Source of the DNA: a virus
Lineage: Duplodnaviria > Caudoviricetes
Direction: 5' to 3' (one strand)
DNA length: 62,507 nt
IMG/VR virus record: IMGVR_UViG_3300031658_000005
Span: 1 to 62,507 of that record
Notes under the pieces: model-generated
Told to the model about the DNA's origin: nothing
Seen by the model: only the letters and a program-made list of their open reading frames with translations
The model's database searches: none
Part shown: positions 46,794 to 56,466 of the stretch, piece by piece
Position numbering within the stretch: position 1 is the first letter of the stretch
Layout: every line of letters starts with the position of its first letter
Translations under genes and position numbers: made by a program

Positions 46794-46824
46794 AAAAAAG
46801 CCCCGCATACCTGCGAGGCTTTTT
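46794..46824 (-). terminator. intrinsic terminator after the major tail protein gene
   Basis: Minus strand GCCTCGCA-GGTA-TGCGGGGC followed by TTTTTT; A-tract on the other side, so possibly bidirectional. Confidence 0.85.
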
Positions 46825-46842
46825 CTAGTTGTAATAGTTATA

Positions 46843-48132
46843 TTAAGATCCAGCTCCATCTTCAGGGGAGTATGGCGCTTTGTTGTTATTCTTCTCATAC
46901 AGAAATCCGTCATCGAATTTCCCAGCTTTAGTTGTGCTATATACGTCAGGCTGGTTTGAACTGATTCCAGAGTAAAAGAATCCTTGATCAATTTGATTGG
47001 TTCCTCCAAGTTGAGTAGAAAACACTAATTCAATCGTCTCGTTGTCGTCTAATCCTTGAGAAAACCCTTGAGAATCTACTACTGCTTTTCTCATAACATA
47101 CTTGTGAGCGGAATTCCCATCTTCGTCTTTGACAGTAAGAGTAATATCAGTGGTTTGTTGACCAGCGCTTCCAGTTAGAATTTTGTCAACTTGCCCCTCT
47201 TGAAAGTTTTTGAGTAATGCGCTTACCGACATTGTTATATTAATTGGTAAATCCAATGGCTTGGCTACCGCCTTAGCAGAACCAAGGGCTTCAATGGGAG
47301 TCCTAGAAAGAGGTACTTCAATAGAGGCGCTCTGAACATGCATATCTCCCAGATCAGTTCCACCAAAGGCAAATTCTGTTGTAGAGAAGGATAAAGTAAC
47401 GTCTTCTGGACGGAGGACTAGAACACTCATATTGCCAGTGCTAGGCGCTCCTAGCATGAACTGACCAGTATCTGCGCGTCCGCCAGCCTTATTTAAGGAA
47501 GGGTTATAAATGCCAGAACTAGTAGCGTCAAAAGTAACGTTTTCTGCAGTTCCATCAATATCAACTCTTGGAATTTCTCCAACAGCAAAGTTCAAAGAGT
47601 AACTTTCAAAATTGCAGTTTCCAAGAGAAACGACATCATGATTTGCTCTTTCAGTAGTGGTAAATTTTCCAGTTGGGTTATCAAGAAAAGAATTAGTAGA
47701 TGCGAAAGCATCTTCTCCCTCTTTAACAGTTAAGACGAATAGGTTTTTTTCTCTTTTCGCAGGGTCTTCCGCAAGAATTCCAGAGACAAATTGACCTTTA
47801 AAAATCGGGGTGGCATCATCACCTAGAATCCCTAAGCCATTAAATCCTAAATTACCTTCATTTTCTCCTGCTCCAAGGTAGTAACCAAGAGAGAAAGATG
47901 GGTTCAAGTCACCTAAAGTGATCGTTCCAATTCGTGCTAATTGTCCAAATTCTCGAATATCTTGCCTTCCTCCAGCAATATCGATATCAAAAGAGAAAGT
48001 GTCTACCCGATGAAGCTGTTGCGGCATACAGCCCGTTTTTGCTTTTTGGGGTGTGGTTAAATTGGAAAGTGCGCCCGTAGGAGACACATAAACAGCTTTG
48101 CTTTGCGAAATTATTCTAGTTCTAGAGGCCAT
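46843..48132 (-). CDS. major tail tube protein
   Basis: Position after the neck genes, beta-rich composition, own GTGTAA element and terminator. Confidence 0.7.
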   Translation of the reverse strand: MASRTRIISQSKAVYVSPTGALSNLTTPQKAKTGCMPQQLHRVDTFSFDIDIAGGRQDIREFGQLARIGTITLGDLNPSFSLGYYLGAGENEGNLGFNGLGILGDDATPIFKGQFVSGILAEDPAKREKNLFVLTVKEGEDAFASTNSFLDNPTGKFTTTERANHDVVSLGNCNFESYSLNFAVGEIPRVDIDGTAENVTFDATSSGIYNPSLNKAGGRADTGQFMLGAPSTGNMSVLVLRPEDVTLSFSTTEFAFGGTDLGDMHVQSASIEVPLSRTPIEALGSAKAVAKPLDLPINITMSVSALLKNFQEGQVDKILTGSAGQQTTDITLTVKDEDGNSAHKYVMRKAVVDSQGFSQGLDDNETIELVFSTQLGGTNQIDQGFFYSGISSNQPDVYSTTKAGKFDDGFLYEKNNNKAPYSPEDGAGS

Positions 48133-48179
48133 ATGAATTTATGTTAAAAATGTAAAGGTTTACTCCTTCTTACACAAAT

Positions 48180-49064
48180 TCAAGTCCTAGGGAAACGATA
48201 AGTGCATAATTCAAAATCAATATACCCAATTGAAATATTCTTATTTAAACTCTCCCTAATTTTCTCGGAAACTATTTTTGATACCAAGACGCTCTCAATA
48301 TGAGATTTCATAGGGTTTGACTCGCCTGAAATTAATTCATTATAACTATAAGGAAAATCTTTAATTGAAAAAGAAAATCCATATGGGAAGTTTTCATATG
48401 GAACATGAGTCATGTCTTCTCTAACTGAATCCCTAAACAAAGAAAGCACAGAATCTAGCGTGTAATTATCAAAAGACAAAACCATAACTCTAATCCTAGT
48501 AGTTGTATCTTCTTCTCCTCCAAAAGCAAATTCTTTATTATCAGAAGATGCCACAGAAATAAAACAAGCAGGTAGAAAGTAAGTAGTTTCATCAAACTCG
48601 TCTGTCTTCCCGTATTGGTAAGGCAATTCTGTTGCACTGTCCTTGAAATCCGAATGAATAATTATTTGAGCGTCAGTATCATTTGTAATGTAAGTATTGA
48701 CCTCCTTGACTGTAGAATTCGCTGTTAGCGCCGTATTCCCAATCTCAGCTCCAGAGGCTTTTGGGAAAATCAACCTTCCATTTTCATAATCAGTAAAGAC
48801 CCCACCATTTTCATCATAGTTTCCTGTTATAAATTCATTGCCTAAGAAAAATCCTGAGTTGGGGGTGTCAACCTGATATTCTCCAACAAGAGATCTATAC
48901 TTTCCTTGAAAAGCTATATGGCTTGGCGGAATATCTGAAAAGGAACCCGAAATAAAAGCGTTACTTAAATCTACCTTGTAAGCCTTGGCGGAATCGCTCA
49001 ATAACTGATTCTCAAACCACAGGTAAAAACTGGATAAAATATTTTGATCAAATTGTGCCTTCAT
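48180..49064 (-). CDS. putative tail terminator/neck protein
   Basis: FLPACFIS...FAFGGEE...IRVMVL...LDSVLSLFRD pattern and gene order. Confidence 0.5.
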   Translation of the reverse strand: MKAQFDQNILSSFYLWFENQLLSDSAKAYKVDLSNAFISGSFSDIPPSHIAFQGKYRSLVGEYQVDTPNSGFFLGNEFITGNYDENGGVFTDYENGRLIFPKASGAEIGNTALTANSTVKEVNTYITNDTDAQIIIHSDFKDSATELPYQYGKTDEFDETTYFLPACFISVASSDNKEFAFGGEEDTTTRIRVMVLSFDNYTLDSVLSLFRDSVREDMTHVPYENFPYGFSFSIKDFPYSYNELISGESNPMKSHIESVLVSKIVSEKIRESLNKNISIGYIDFELCTYRFPRT

Positions 49065-49069
49065 CTAAC

Positions 49070-49702
49070 TTACCTTAATAAATTCTTTTTAAAATTACCA
49101 ATTAGCTCCCCAATGTATGGGGTTCTATTAAATCTTACACCAGAAGACCTGTTTTTGACCTGCATACCTGTTCCAGAATTAGACTGCCCGAAACCTTTAG
49201 CACTAAATAGAAACTGACCTAAGTTGGTAAGCCCACCTTCTTCAATGCTTTTTGCCCAGCTCTTGCCTGTCATCCAAGGGATTGGAGTCAAGCCATATAT
49301 TTCTTCTGCCGAAGGGATATAGAAGGTTATGGTGAATTTACCTTTGTTATTTGATCTCCTAACCTTAAATTGAATCTTTTGATTAAAAATTTGAGATATT
49401 ATTTCTGTAGGTTTAGATCCTCCAGAAAAACCAATGAATGAAAACAAGTTGCCATACCCACCTAAAGTCCCGCTAGTATTCGCCGCTCTTGGCCCAGCAT
49501 TCAATTCTACTGTTATCGGATGTATTTTAAATTCTTTTTCCAGTTCTCTCTGGTGTTCTTTTATTTTAGGCTCCAAGACTTTCCTAATGGCTTGAGCCAT
49601 GCTCTTGTTATTTGGGCTATCTACCGTAAGCTCCCTTAAAAGCTCCGCAGCATCTATCGTCACCACAGGCCTTGAGACCGACATGAAACTCTTGCTTGCC
49701 AT
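49070..49702 (-). CDS. putative neck/tail-completion protein
   Basis: Basic protein within the head-tail joining gene order. Confidence 0.45.
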   Translation of the reverse strand: MASKSFMSVSRPVVTIDAAELLRELTVDSPNNKSMAQAIRKVLEPKIKEHQRELEKEFKIHPITVELNAGPRAANTSGTLGGYGNLFSFIGFSGGSKPTEIISQIFNQKIQFKVRRSNNKGKFTITFYIPSAEEIYGLTPIPWMTGKSWAKSIEEGGLTNLGQFLFSAKGFGQSNSGTGMQVKNRSSGVRFNRTPYIGELIGNFKKNLLR

Positions 49703-50148
49703 TAATTCTCGCGTTTCAGGTATATAGAATAAAATTGAGTATCAAATGGACCAATTACTTTAGCATCTCCATCAAGAACAAATAATTGATCATCAACCTC
49801 TATTTTTGAGCATATTTTAATTTTTTCATAGGCATCAGGCTTAACCTTAACTCTAACTTGACCTTCAGATCCAATAAGGTTCATTTGTCCGTTGCCATCA
49901 AGGATTTCTTCTTTTTGCTCGTTCTTGTAGTATATTCTTGCGGGATAGGTATATTTAGTTAAAGTGATCTCAGAAGAGATCTTGGCTACATTCTTGTTTC
50001 TCCCGTATAGAGGATTGAAATTAAGCTCTGTAGGCACGGTGGAGGCCTCTTTGACATAAATATGTATGTCTCTCGCAAATGTGTCGTGAATGCCGCTTAG
50101 AGCGGAGTTAATGGCCGTTTTCTCGGCATCTGTAAGAAGAGAAGACAT
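49702..50148 (-). CDS. putative head-closure (stopper) protein
   Basis: 148-aa beta protein after the adaptor; YPARIYY...VRVKV...IEVDDQLF...YSIYLKR. Confidence 0.5.
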   Translation of the reverse strand: MSSLLTDAEKTAINSALSGIHDTFARDIHIYVKEASTVPTELNFNPLYGRNKNVAKISSEITLTKYTYPARIYYKNEQKEEILDGNGQMNLIGSEGQVRVKVKPDAYEKIKICSKIEVDDQLFVLDGDAKVIGPFDTQFYSIYLKREN

Positions 50149-50149
50149 G

Positions 50150-50638
50150 TTACACTAATTTTCCAGATAAATTAAAAGTCCCATCCGTTCCAGCAACTTG
50201 AATAGGAGAAGATTTTTGATAGTTATACTGGTAAAGAAGATTATCGAGAGAATCTTGAGCTTGCTCGCCTAAATCTCTATAAGTTTTAGCAATAGAGTTT
50301 TTGTTTTGCCTTTGGATTGTTGTGTCGCCTTCTTTAATGGTCACCCAATCTAAAGACTCAGAATAAGTAAATGATCTCAAAGATTCTCTTGCAGACTTTT
50401 GATAATACCAAAGCTCATACAACGTGGAGAAAATATTCTTCTCCACATCAGCTAATCCAGTATCTCCCATCAAGATATCTCCCGCAGCATCCACCGCAAA
50501 CTCTTCATGAATAAGTCCATTAAACTCCCCAATGTTAGTCTCCAGCCATCCAGAAACAAATCCAATATTATATGAACCAGTATCATTTGGAAAATCGTAT
50601 GTTACGATTCCGCTAGCTAAATCTCCAAGATCATTCAT
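50150..50638 (-). CDS. putative head-tail adaptor protein
   Basis: Helical protein with TIKEGDTTI hairpin followed by a helix, as in connector proteins. Confidence 0.55.
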   Translation of the reverse strand: MNDLGDLASGIVTYDFPNDTGSYNIGFVSGWLETNIGEFNGLIHEEFAVDAAGDILMGDTGLADVEKNIFSTLYELWYYQKSARESLRSFTYSESLDWVTIKEGDTTIQRQNKNSIAKTYRDLGEQAQDSLDNLLYQYNYQKSSPIQVAGTDGTFNLSGKLV

Positions 50639-50641
50639 TAA

Positions 50642-51064
50642 TTAAAAACCTTCTTTAAATAACCTTACAGTAGATTCGTAATCTGGGGAACTTGGATTTA
50701 AAATTGGTTGAGAAGAACCTTGAACAGTTACATTGTTTTTTTGAACATAAAAATCGAAAGACTTCATCAAGGACTTCCTGAGAAGATTCATATTCCTTTC
50801 CCTAGGAATGCCTACTCTAGCAGCCAAATCGGTCAATTCAGAAGCATTGCAGTCACTTAGGCGCTGCTTGAAAATATCTCTATGTAATGTCCCATATGGG
50901 TTCATTTTGGGCATGCCAAGCAAATCTTCTAATTCTTTAATGTGTTCAATTTGCTCTTCTTTAGAGTTCCGTGCTTTGCCATCAGTAATATCAAAATCTT
51001 CTAAATGCTTCTTTTCAACGCCTTTTGAAGCTTCCATTTTCTTTGCTGGTTTCTCTTCGCTCAT
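50642..51064 (-). CDS. hypothetical protein downstream of the capsid gene
   Basis: 140 aa; ELTDLAARVGI is reminiscent of a Rho-N/HeH helix pair. Confidence 0.55.
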   Translation of the reverse strand: MSEEKPAKKMEASKGVEKKHLEDFDITDGKARNSKEEQIEHIKELEDLLGMPKMNPYGTLHRDIFKQRLSDCNASELTDLAARVGIPRERNMNLLRKSLMKSFDFYVQKNNVTVQGSSQPILNPSSPDYESTVRLFKEGF

Positions 51065-51069
51065 AATAC

Positions 51070-51098
51070 ATAATAGGTATAACCTATATAAAAATCAA
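51070..51098 (-). promoter_or_regulatory. sigma70-like promoter overlapping the capsid terminator T-tract
   Basis: Minus strand TTGATT (51098-51093), N17, TATTAT (51075-51070), then 5 nt to ATG at 51064. Confidence 0.5.
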
Positions 51099-51130
51099 AA
51101 AAAAGAGCCGTTCCGTGAGGAACGACTCTC
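51097..51130 (-). terminator. intrinsic terminator after the major capsid gene
   Basis: Minus strand AGAGTCGTTCC-TCAC-GGAACGGCTCT, with a T8 run starting at the final T of the stem. Confidence 0.9.
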
Positions 51131-51152
51131 TTTATAAGTAATATCAGGTTGA

Positions 51153-52292
51153 TTACACTACCAATCCGATAAGAGCGCGATTGTCAATACAAAGGCGACC
51201 CTCTTCAACTTTACCGTAGTAACCAATCTTATTCTGACGAACAGAGAACTGGTCATCGACAAGGACTTGAAACTCAGAAGGACTTCCTTCTCCGATTACA
51301 GTAGGACGGATAAGAGCATCCTTGGAGCGATCAATGCCGATGAGAATCTCATCACTAGCAGTCGCCCAAGTGCCACTATTTCCGCCGCCAATAACGGTAG
51401 CGCCTTGAGATGCAACAATAGCGCCAAAGAGCTTATTGAACCGTTGCCCAACACCCATTTCGTTGATCTCCATAACATTAATTCCGTAGAAGGAAGGAAG
51501 ACCAGCAGAACTAAATAGCTCCTGACGAAGCGCTTCAGGAGCAGGAAGACTGTCCTTAACTGAGGAACCATAAGGAGCTTCTGCAGTATTGATTGGGTTG
51601 TAGGCCATGGCGCGAAGCTCTTCAACCATTTCTGGAGAAACAAGCAAGTCGCTGATGCCAGACTTAATCCCACCAACAGGAGTTCCTCCACTGAAGGAAC
51701 TGTTAATGCGCTTACTCTTAGTAATCAGGTTATTGAAGTCAGCTAAGACGAAACGATTTTCAGCAGAAGAGCCGATGATGCTTCCACCAGCGGCAGTTCC
51801 AGTTCCAGTCCCTTTTATCAGAGCGGTAGCAAGAACATTGAAGGCAGTAGTAGTCTGCTTCAACATAACTTCTTGGGCCATGCGGGTGAAAGTCTTGCTA
51901 ACAACGTCGAGTCGAGCCTTACGGACATACTTGCGATCAAACGCAAGAGCGCTGTCCAAGGTGTAAGTGCTAAACTTCAACTCATTGTGAGCGGGGAAGA
52001 CTTGACTGTATGGAAGTCCACCAGCAACCTGTTGAGAATACACTTCAATGTAGTCTTCGTCGGTGATATCGTGGAAAAGGTCCAAGGGAAGAGAAGGATT
52101 GTCATCTTCTCCATAAGAAATCGTCGTATAGAGATTCCCAATAGTAGGAGCGTTATTGATAACTTCAGACACAACAGGTCCAAGCAGTTCTGCAACTGCC
52201 GCCTGAGCCTCGTAAGCCTCTTCACGATTATTAGATCCCATTGCCTTAATTAAGGCCATTTGATCTTCAGTTCTTTTAATTGTGATTTTCAT
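51153..52292 (-). CDS. major capsid protein (HK97 fold expected)
   Basis: 379 aa; gene order portal-protease-decoration-MCP; DLLVSPE, FYGINV, IGYYGKVEEG terminal strand; strong terminator. Confidence 0.85.
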   Translation of the reverse strand: MKITIKRTEDQMALIKAMGSNNREEAYEAQAAVAELLGPVVSEVINNAPTIGNLYTTISYGEDDNPSLPLDLFHDITDEDYIEVYSQQVAGGLPYSQVFPAHNELKFSTYTLDSALAFDRKYVRKARLDVVSKTFTRMAQEVMLKQTTTAFNVLATALIKGTGTGTAAGGSIIGSSAENRFVLADFNNLITKSKRINSSFSGGTPVGGIKSGISDLLVSPEMVEELRAMAYNPINTAEAPYGSSVKDSLPAPEALRQELFSSAGLPSFYGINVMEINEMGVGQRFNKLFGAIVASQGATVIGGGNSGTWATASDEILIGIDRSKDALIRPTVIGEGSPSEFQVLVDDQFSVRQNKIGYYGKVEEGRLCIDNRALIGLVV

Positions 52293-52304
52293 TTTCTTAA
52301 ATTA

Positions 52305-52934
52305 TTAGCAGTTAAGTTTGAGGATTGCGTAAGCACCTGCGAAAGCATCAGTGTTTCCACCTTGCGACTCCCTAAGCCCAGTTCCAATGAATGTTCCAAT
52401 GGCATGAGCGGCATGTGCGTGACGGGTAGCGGCAACACTAGTGATGCCCGTAATAGTTCCATTCAAAGAAGGTAGAGCATACTGACCGACAGTAGGAGCT
52501 ATTCCATTGGTTAGACCATTGACATTAATAGTGAAGAGACCTTTGGTGGCAATAGGAACTGCCTGACCAGATACAACACATTGCAACTCCTCTTTCTTTT
52601 GGGGATAGTAGAGAAGATTCTCTCCGTTTTCATCTTTAGAGCGAACATCGCGCAAAAGAATACCCAAAGCTTTATCGTTTCCTCCAGTAGTGACCATTTT
52701 GGTCACCTTGTAAGGCACTTCTGGATATAGGGAAAGTCCCTTGCCCATGGTGGTTTGATACGAGTCAGCGTCTCCGCGCTCGACATATTGGACGGGATCG
52801 TTAGTAAGGTTAGCTTCGCTAACCTTGACAACGGACCCCGCCTCGCCTGTTTCGGTATCAAGAGAATAGAAGTTAATAACATCATTCTCATCATATTGAC
52901 GAAACGGCAATAAACGTGTAATTTCGTTAGCCAT
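52305..52934 (-). CDS. putative capsid decoration/cement protein
   Basis: Directly upstream of the MCP; LGILL...VVSGQAVPIATKGLF beta-tulip-like pattern. Confidence 0.6.
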   Translation of the reverse strand: MANEITRLLPFRQYDENDVINFYSLDTETGEAGSVVKVSEANLTNDPVQYVERGDADSYQTTMGKGLSLYPEVPYKVTKMVTTGGNDKALGILLRDVRSKDENGENLLYYPQKKEELQCVVSGQAVPIATKGLFTINVNGLTNGIAPTVGQYALPSLNGTITGITSVAATRHAHAAHAIGTFIGTGLRESQGGNTDAFAGAYAILKLNC

Positions 52935-52956
52935 AATATTTAGTTTTTAATTTTTT

Positions 52957-54456
52957 TTAGTTTGCAACTTCAACAGAGAAGTTACTCTTAAGTCTTTCGA
53001 CTAAAGAAATTTGTTTGCTAGCTTCAGCATTATTATTTGGAAGAGAAGCTCCAGCCTCATCTTCTTCAATCTCAAGCTCTTCTTCCGACTCTTCTTTACT
53101 AGCCACTGCCTCTTTGGGGTCATCGCCCTCCGTGCGGTTAGCTACAGCTTCGTCGATACGTGCTTTGATATCTGCTTCTTGAGCCTCAATATTTTTATTG
53201 AGTTTGTGTGCAAAAATAATCTCAAGCTTTTCCTTGTAAGAATTGAATTCGTCTTCGGTGGAATTAAGGTTTTTGATTTCAGCGAGGACTAAGGAGAGTT
53301 CCTGCTCGTTAAGCCCATAATTGCTATCAATAAAGTTCATGCGAGCATTGAAAACCTCAACGGCAGCGCTAGCTTCAACTTCACTCTTAAGAGAGTTAAG
53401 CTCTTCTTTTGTTTCCTTAAAGGAATCTTGTAGTTCCACAAGATCAGCTTCCGCTTTTGCTTTGGCCTCCTGTTCAACTTTCATCTTAGAATTCCAAGAC
53501 TCATTATGCTCTACAAGAGTATCACGAATACTTTCACCGACAGTCTTGGCTTCAGATCCTTCCTTGACAGCAGAAGCAACGCTCTTAGTCAACTGGGAGA
53601 TTAATTGATCAAATTGATTTTTATCCATATTTAAAATGCTTTTTAATTTGCTTGAGTTTACATTAATATTCGCGTTTAGGGAAATTTTTTCTTCAGTTTT
53701 ATTATTTGAATCTTTTTCTATTATATTAACGCCCTTGACGGCGGCAGCAGGATTTTGTGTTAAAGCTGCCCCCAAAGGATATGTTTGTCCCACGATTAAT
53801 CTGTTGACAGGATTGCCGTTTTGATCGATTCCTTTCCCGCCCAATCCTCTAATGTATTGCTTCAAGTCTTCTTTTTTGGACCCTTCAGCTATAGTGGAGT
53901 CTTGCAAGTATTTAGATCCAACAGCGACTTCAAATTGTTTAAATGCTAGCTCCCAGCTTGTAGATATACTTTGATAAGATTCTTCTTCTTCTTGGGATGC
54001 TTCTACAATTGCTTCAGCTAGTTCTGGATATACAGATTTATAAATCAATCCAGCCGCATTAAGATAAAAAGGCTCTTTTTTGTCGGCGTAAGACTCAATG
54101 TCGTTATCTTTGAAATCGAATTCTTCATCAGAAAAGGACGCATTAATCATGTGTCCAACAATTTTGTCTTTTTTGTGCTCAATATTGATTGGCTTATTAA
54201 TAAACCTTTTTACAGCAGCGATTGCTGTTTTAGCATCAATGCCATCACCATTTTTGTTAAATTCATTGATTTTGGCTAAATTAAATACTACAGGCAATAC
54301 ATCAATATTTTGTTCAGGATCGAAATCATCTGGGAGCAAAGATTGAGCCGCTTCTTGAATAGACCCTTGCGAAAGCCCAAATAACTCGAACTCCTCGTTT
54401 TTAATCTCTCTTACCTTGCCTTCAAATAAGCAAATGTTAAAATCATTCAGTGACAT
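52957..54456 (-). CDS. prohead protease-scaffold fusion
   Basis: FNKNGDG, KPINIEH (His), SISTSWE (Ser), GAALTQNPAA; C-terminal acidic coiled coil. Confidence 0.75.
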   Translation of the reverse strand: MSLNDFNICLFEGKVREIKNEEFELFGLSQGSIQEAAQSLLPDDFDPEQNIDVLPVVFNLAKINEFNKNGDGIDAKTAIAAVKRFINKPINIEHKKDKIVGHMINASFSDEEFDFKDNDIESYADKKEPFYLNAAGLIYKSVYPELAEAIVEASQEEEESYQSISTSWELAFKQFEVAVGSKYLQDSTIAEGSKKEDLKQYIRGLGGKGIDQNGNPVNRLIVGQTYPLGAALTQNPAAAVKGVNIIEKDSNNKTEEKISLNANINVNSSKLKSILNMDKNQFDQLISQLTKSVASAVKEGSEAKTVGESIRDTLVEHNESWNSKMKVEQEAKAKAEADLVELQDSFKETKEELNSLKSEVEASAAVEVFNARMNFIDSNYGLNEQELSLVLAEIKNLNSTEDEFNSYKEKLEIIFAHKLNKNIEAQEADIKARIDEAVANRTEGDDPKEAVASKEESEEELEIEEDEAGASLPNNNAEASKQISLVERLKSNFSVEVAN

Positions 54457-54464
54457 ATTTTTTA

Positions 54465-56423
54465 TTACACTGAAATTTGCGTAGAATGATATAAAATTGC
54501 AGAAGCTAAATCATCCAACTGATGCTGGCAACCCAACTCTAGGACTTTTTCGTTTACTGCAAGAGAAGTAAGCTTATCTAAATCTTTTACTATTTCAGAT
54601 AAAGTCTCTTCCCAATCTGCCACATCTTTAGCTATAACAATAGACTCGCAAACCTGAGCTACCATTTCTTTTTTTTGTTTAGACATTCTCTTTAGCCCAA
54701 ATTTAGAAGCAAATTCCCTGAACGCCAAAACTTCAAGTTCGTTTATTCTTTTTGTGGCCTCGACAATATTTTTCTTTGAATAAGATGAATTGGAAACTCC
54801 AATTGGCCTACCTCCAGATGGAGCGACTGCGGTTGGCTGGTCAGGAGCTGAAGGATCTTCTCCCTGCTCATCGCTGTATAAATTAATTGTATTCACAAGA
54901 GGCATATAGTGTCCTTTTTCACGCTCTCCTTTGAATTTGTCTTGAGCTTGCTGCATTTCAGATGCTTCTGGGAACACTCCAGTATGAACAACTTTCATTC
55001 CTTGCTCTGGGGTAAGGACTCCTAATTCCATGAGTCTTGTGGCTAATTTAGATAGATTACTATCGTCCATGGTGTCGGTTTTGGAAAATTTGGCTTCTGG
55101 CCAAGAGCGAAGGCCAGCAGACTTGCAGATTCTCCTAATTTCTGGATTGATGAAGTCATTTAAAAAGGCCCTGCGAGAGTCTTCTAGTCGCTGAAAGAAA
55201 ACTCTCATTTTAACCTGAGTATCGGAATACTTAGAGTCTCCAATAAGAATGTTTTGCAATCCTTGTTCAATGTCTTTGTTGATTACCTCGTATTTCTCTG
55301 GGCCGACAACCTTGCGGATATCTGGAATAATAAAATCTGCTTTTGTGGTATAGTCAGAAACAAGAATTCGACCAACACTTTGGTTCTTGAAGATCTGCTG
55401 CATTGCCGCTAAGTTTCTATGATTTACCCCGCCCTTGTCTGGCTCGTTCCCCATGGTCACAAGTAAAACAACATTTTCAATAGAACGACTGATAGCTTGA
55501 TCAATATTTTTTAATTCAATCTTTCTGTTTATGTCTTCAAGTACGGGATAGCCAAGAGGAATAGCCAAAGGCTCGTAGTCCTGCTTTTTAGCAAAAACAA
55601 CATGCAGTAACTGAGGATCAAGTTTAATCTGCACTTTTGCCATGGCATATGTGTTCTTTCCTGATTTTATGGACTCTTTAATGTCTTCTGGTAAAGAGTC
55701 TAGCATTTCTAATTCATGCTCAGTCTCTGGCTTTTGAAGACGAGAGATCTCAAATGGAGTCAATACTTTAAAATACTCATAACCACTAAAAGATATTGAA
55801 CCCTTGGTCGCTATATCTGTAGGGTTAATTAATAAATACCTAATAGGGATTTTTTTTCTAGAGCTAGTGCCATATGCCTCCAGCATCTTTTGAGAATTTT
55901 TAAGAGGTATTTTCCCATCCACCCTGTAAAAGAAGACATTGCCTGAGCGATAGTATTCTCTGAAATACTGTTGCTTTATGTCGTGCATCCTAATTCTTTT
56001 AAACCAAGCCTCGATAAATTTTTTAGATTTCTCTGAGCCTCCCTCAAGGTAAAGTTCTGAATCAGCGAACTCGGATAAAAGATCGATGGTGCTTTTGAAA
56101 GAAGAAATGTTAAAGTAAGCTTTTTGACAGAGTTCTACCGCCTCTCTTGTGTCCGCAGAGTCTTTGTCGTAGTTGAATGGCAATATGCCTTTTTTAATAT
56201 TATTAAATTTATCAGATAGCCCCAAAGTAGCTGCCGCATTCGTCCTAGTCCCAGTCCTAGAGGTGGGAGAATCTAATCGAGAAGCTTCTGAGCTAAATAT
56301 AGGATCACCAATTAATTCTGGCTTAAAAATTTCTTCTTGAGGGAGAAGCAGATTTTCAATTGGAAATTCTTTTTTATTGAACTTCTCCCAGTATTCAGAA
56401 CGCTTAGTGTATTTACGAGACAT
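54465..56423 (-). CDS. portal protein
   Basis: 652 aa between terminase and protease; KSTIDLLSEF, REYYRSGNVFFY, KKQDYEPLAIP, LLVTMG, LMELGVL. Confidence 0.8.
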   Translation of the reverse strand: MSRKYTKRSEYWEKFNKKEFPIENLLLPQEEIFKPELIGDPIFSSEASRLDSPTSRTGTRTNAAATLGLSDKFNNIKKGILPFNYDKDSADTREAVELCQKAYFNISSFKSTIDLLSEFADSELYLEGGSEKSKKFIEAWFKRIRMHDIKQQYFREYYRSGNVFFYRVDGKIPLKNSQKMLEAYGTSSRKKIPIRYLLINPTDIATKGSISFSGYEYFKVLTPFEISRLQKPETEHELEMLDSLPEDIKESIKSGKNTYAMAKVQIKLDPQLLHVVFAKKQDYEPLAIPLGYPVLEDINRKIELKNIDQAISRSIENVVLLVTMGNEPDKGGVNHRNLAAMQQIFKNQSVGRILVSDYTTKADFIIPDIRKVVGPEKYEVINKDIEQGLQNILIGDSKYSDTQVKMRVFFQRLEDSRRAFLNDFINPEIRRICKSAGLRSWPEAKFSKTDTMDDSNLSKLATRLMELGVLTPEQGMKVVHTGVFPEASEMQQAQDKFKGEREKGHYMPLVNTINLYSDEQGEDPSAPDQPTAVAPSGGRPIGVSNSSYSKKNIVEATKRINELEVLAFREFASKFGLKRMSKQKKEMVAQVCESIVIAKDVADWEETLSEIVKDLDKLTSLAVNEKVLELGCQHQLDDLASAILYHSTQISV

Positions 56424-56466
56424 ATTAAAGTTTACACTAAAGTTATAAAAGTAACTTTACAACTTT

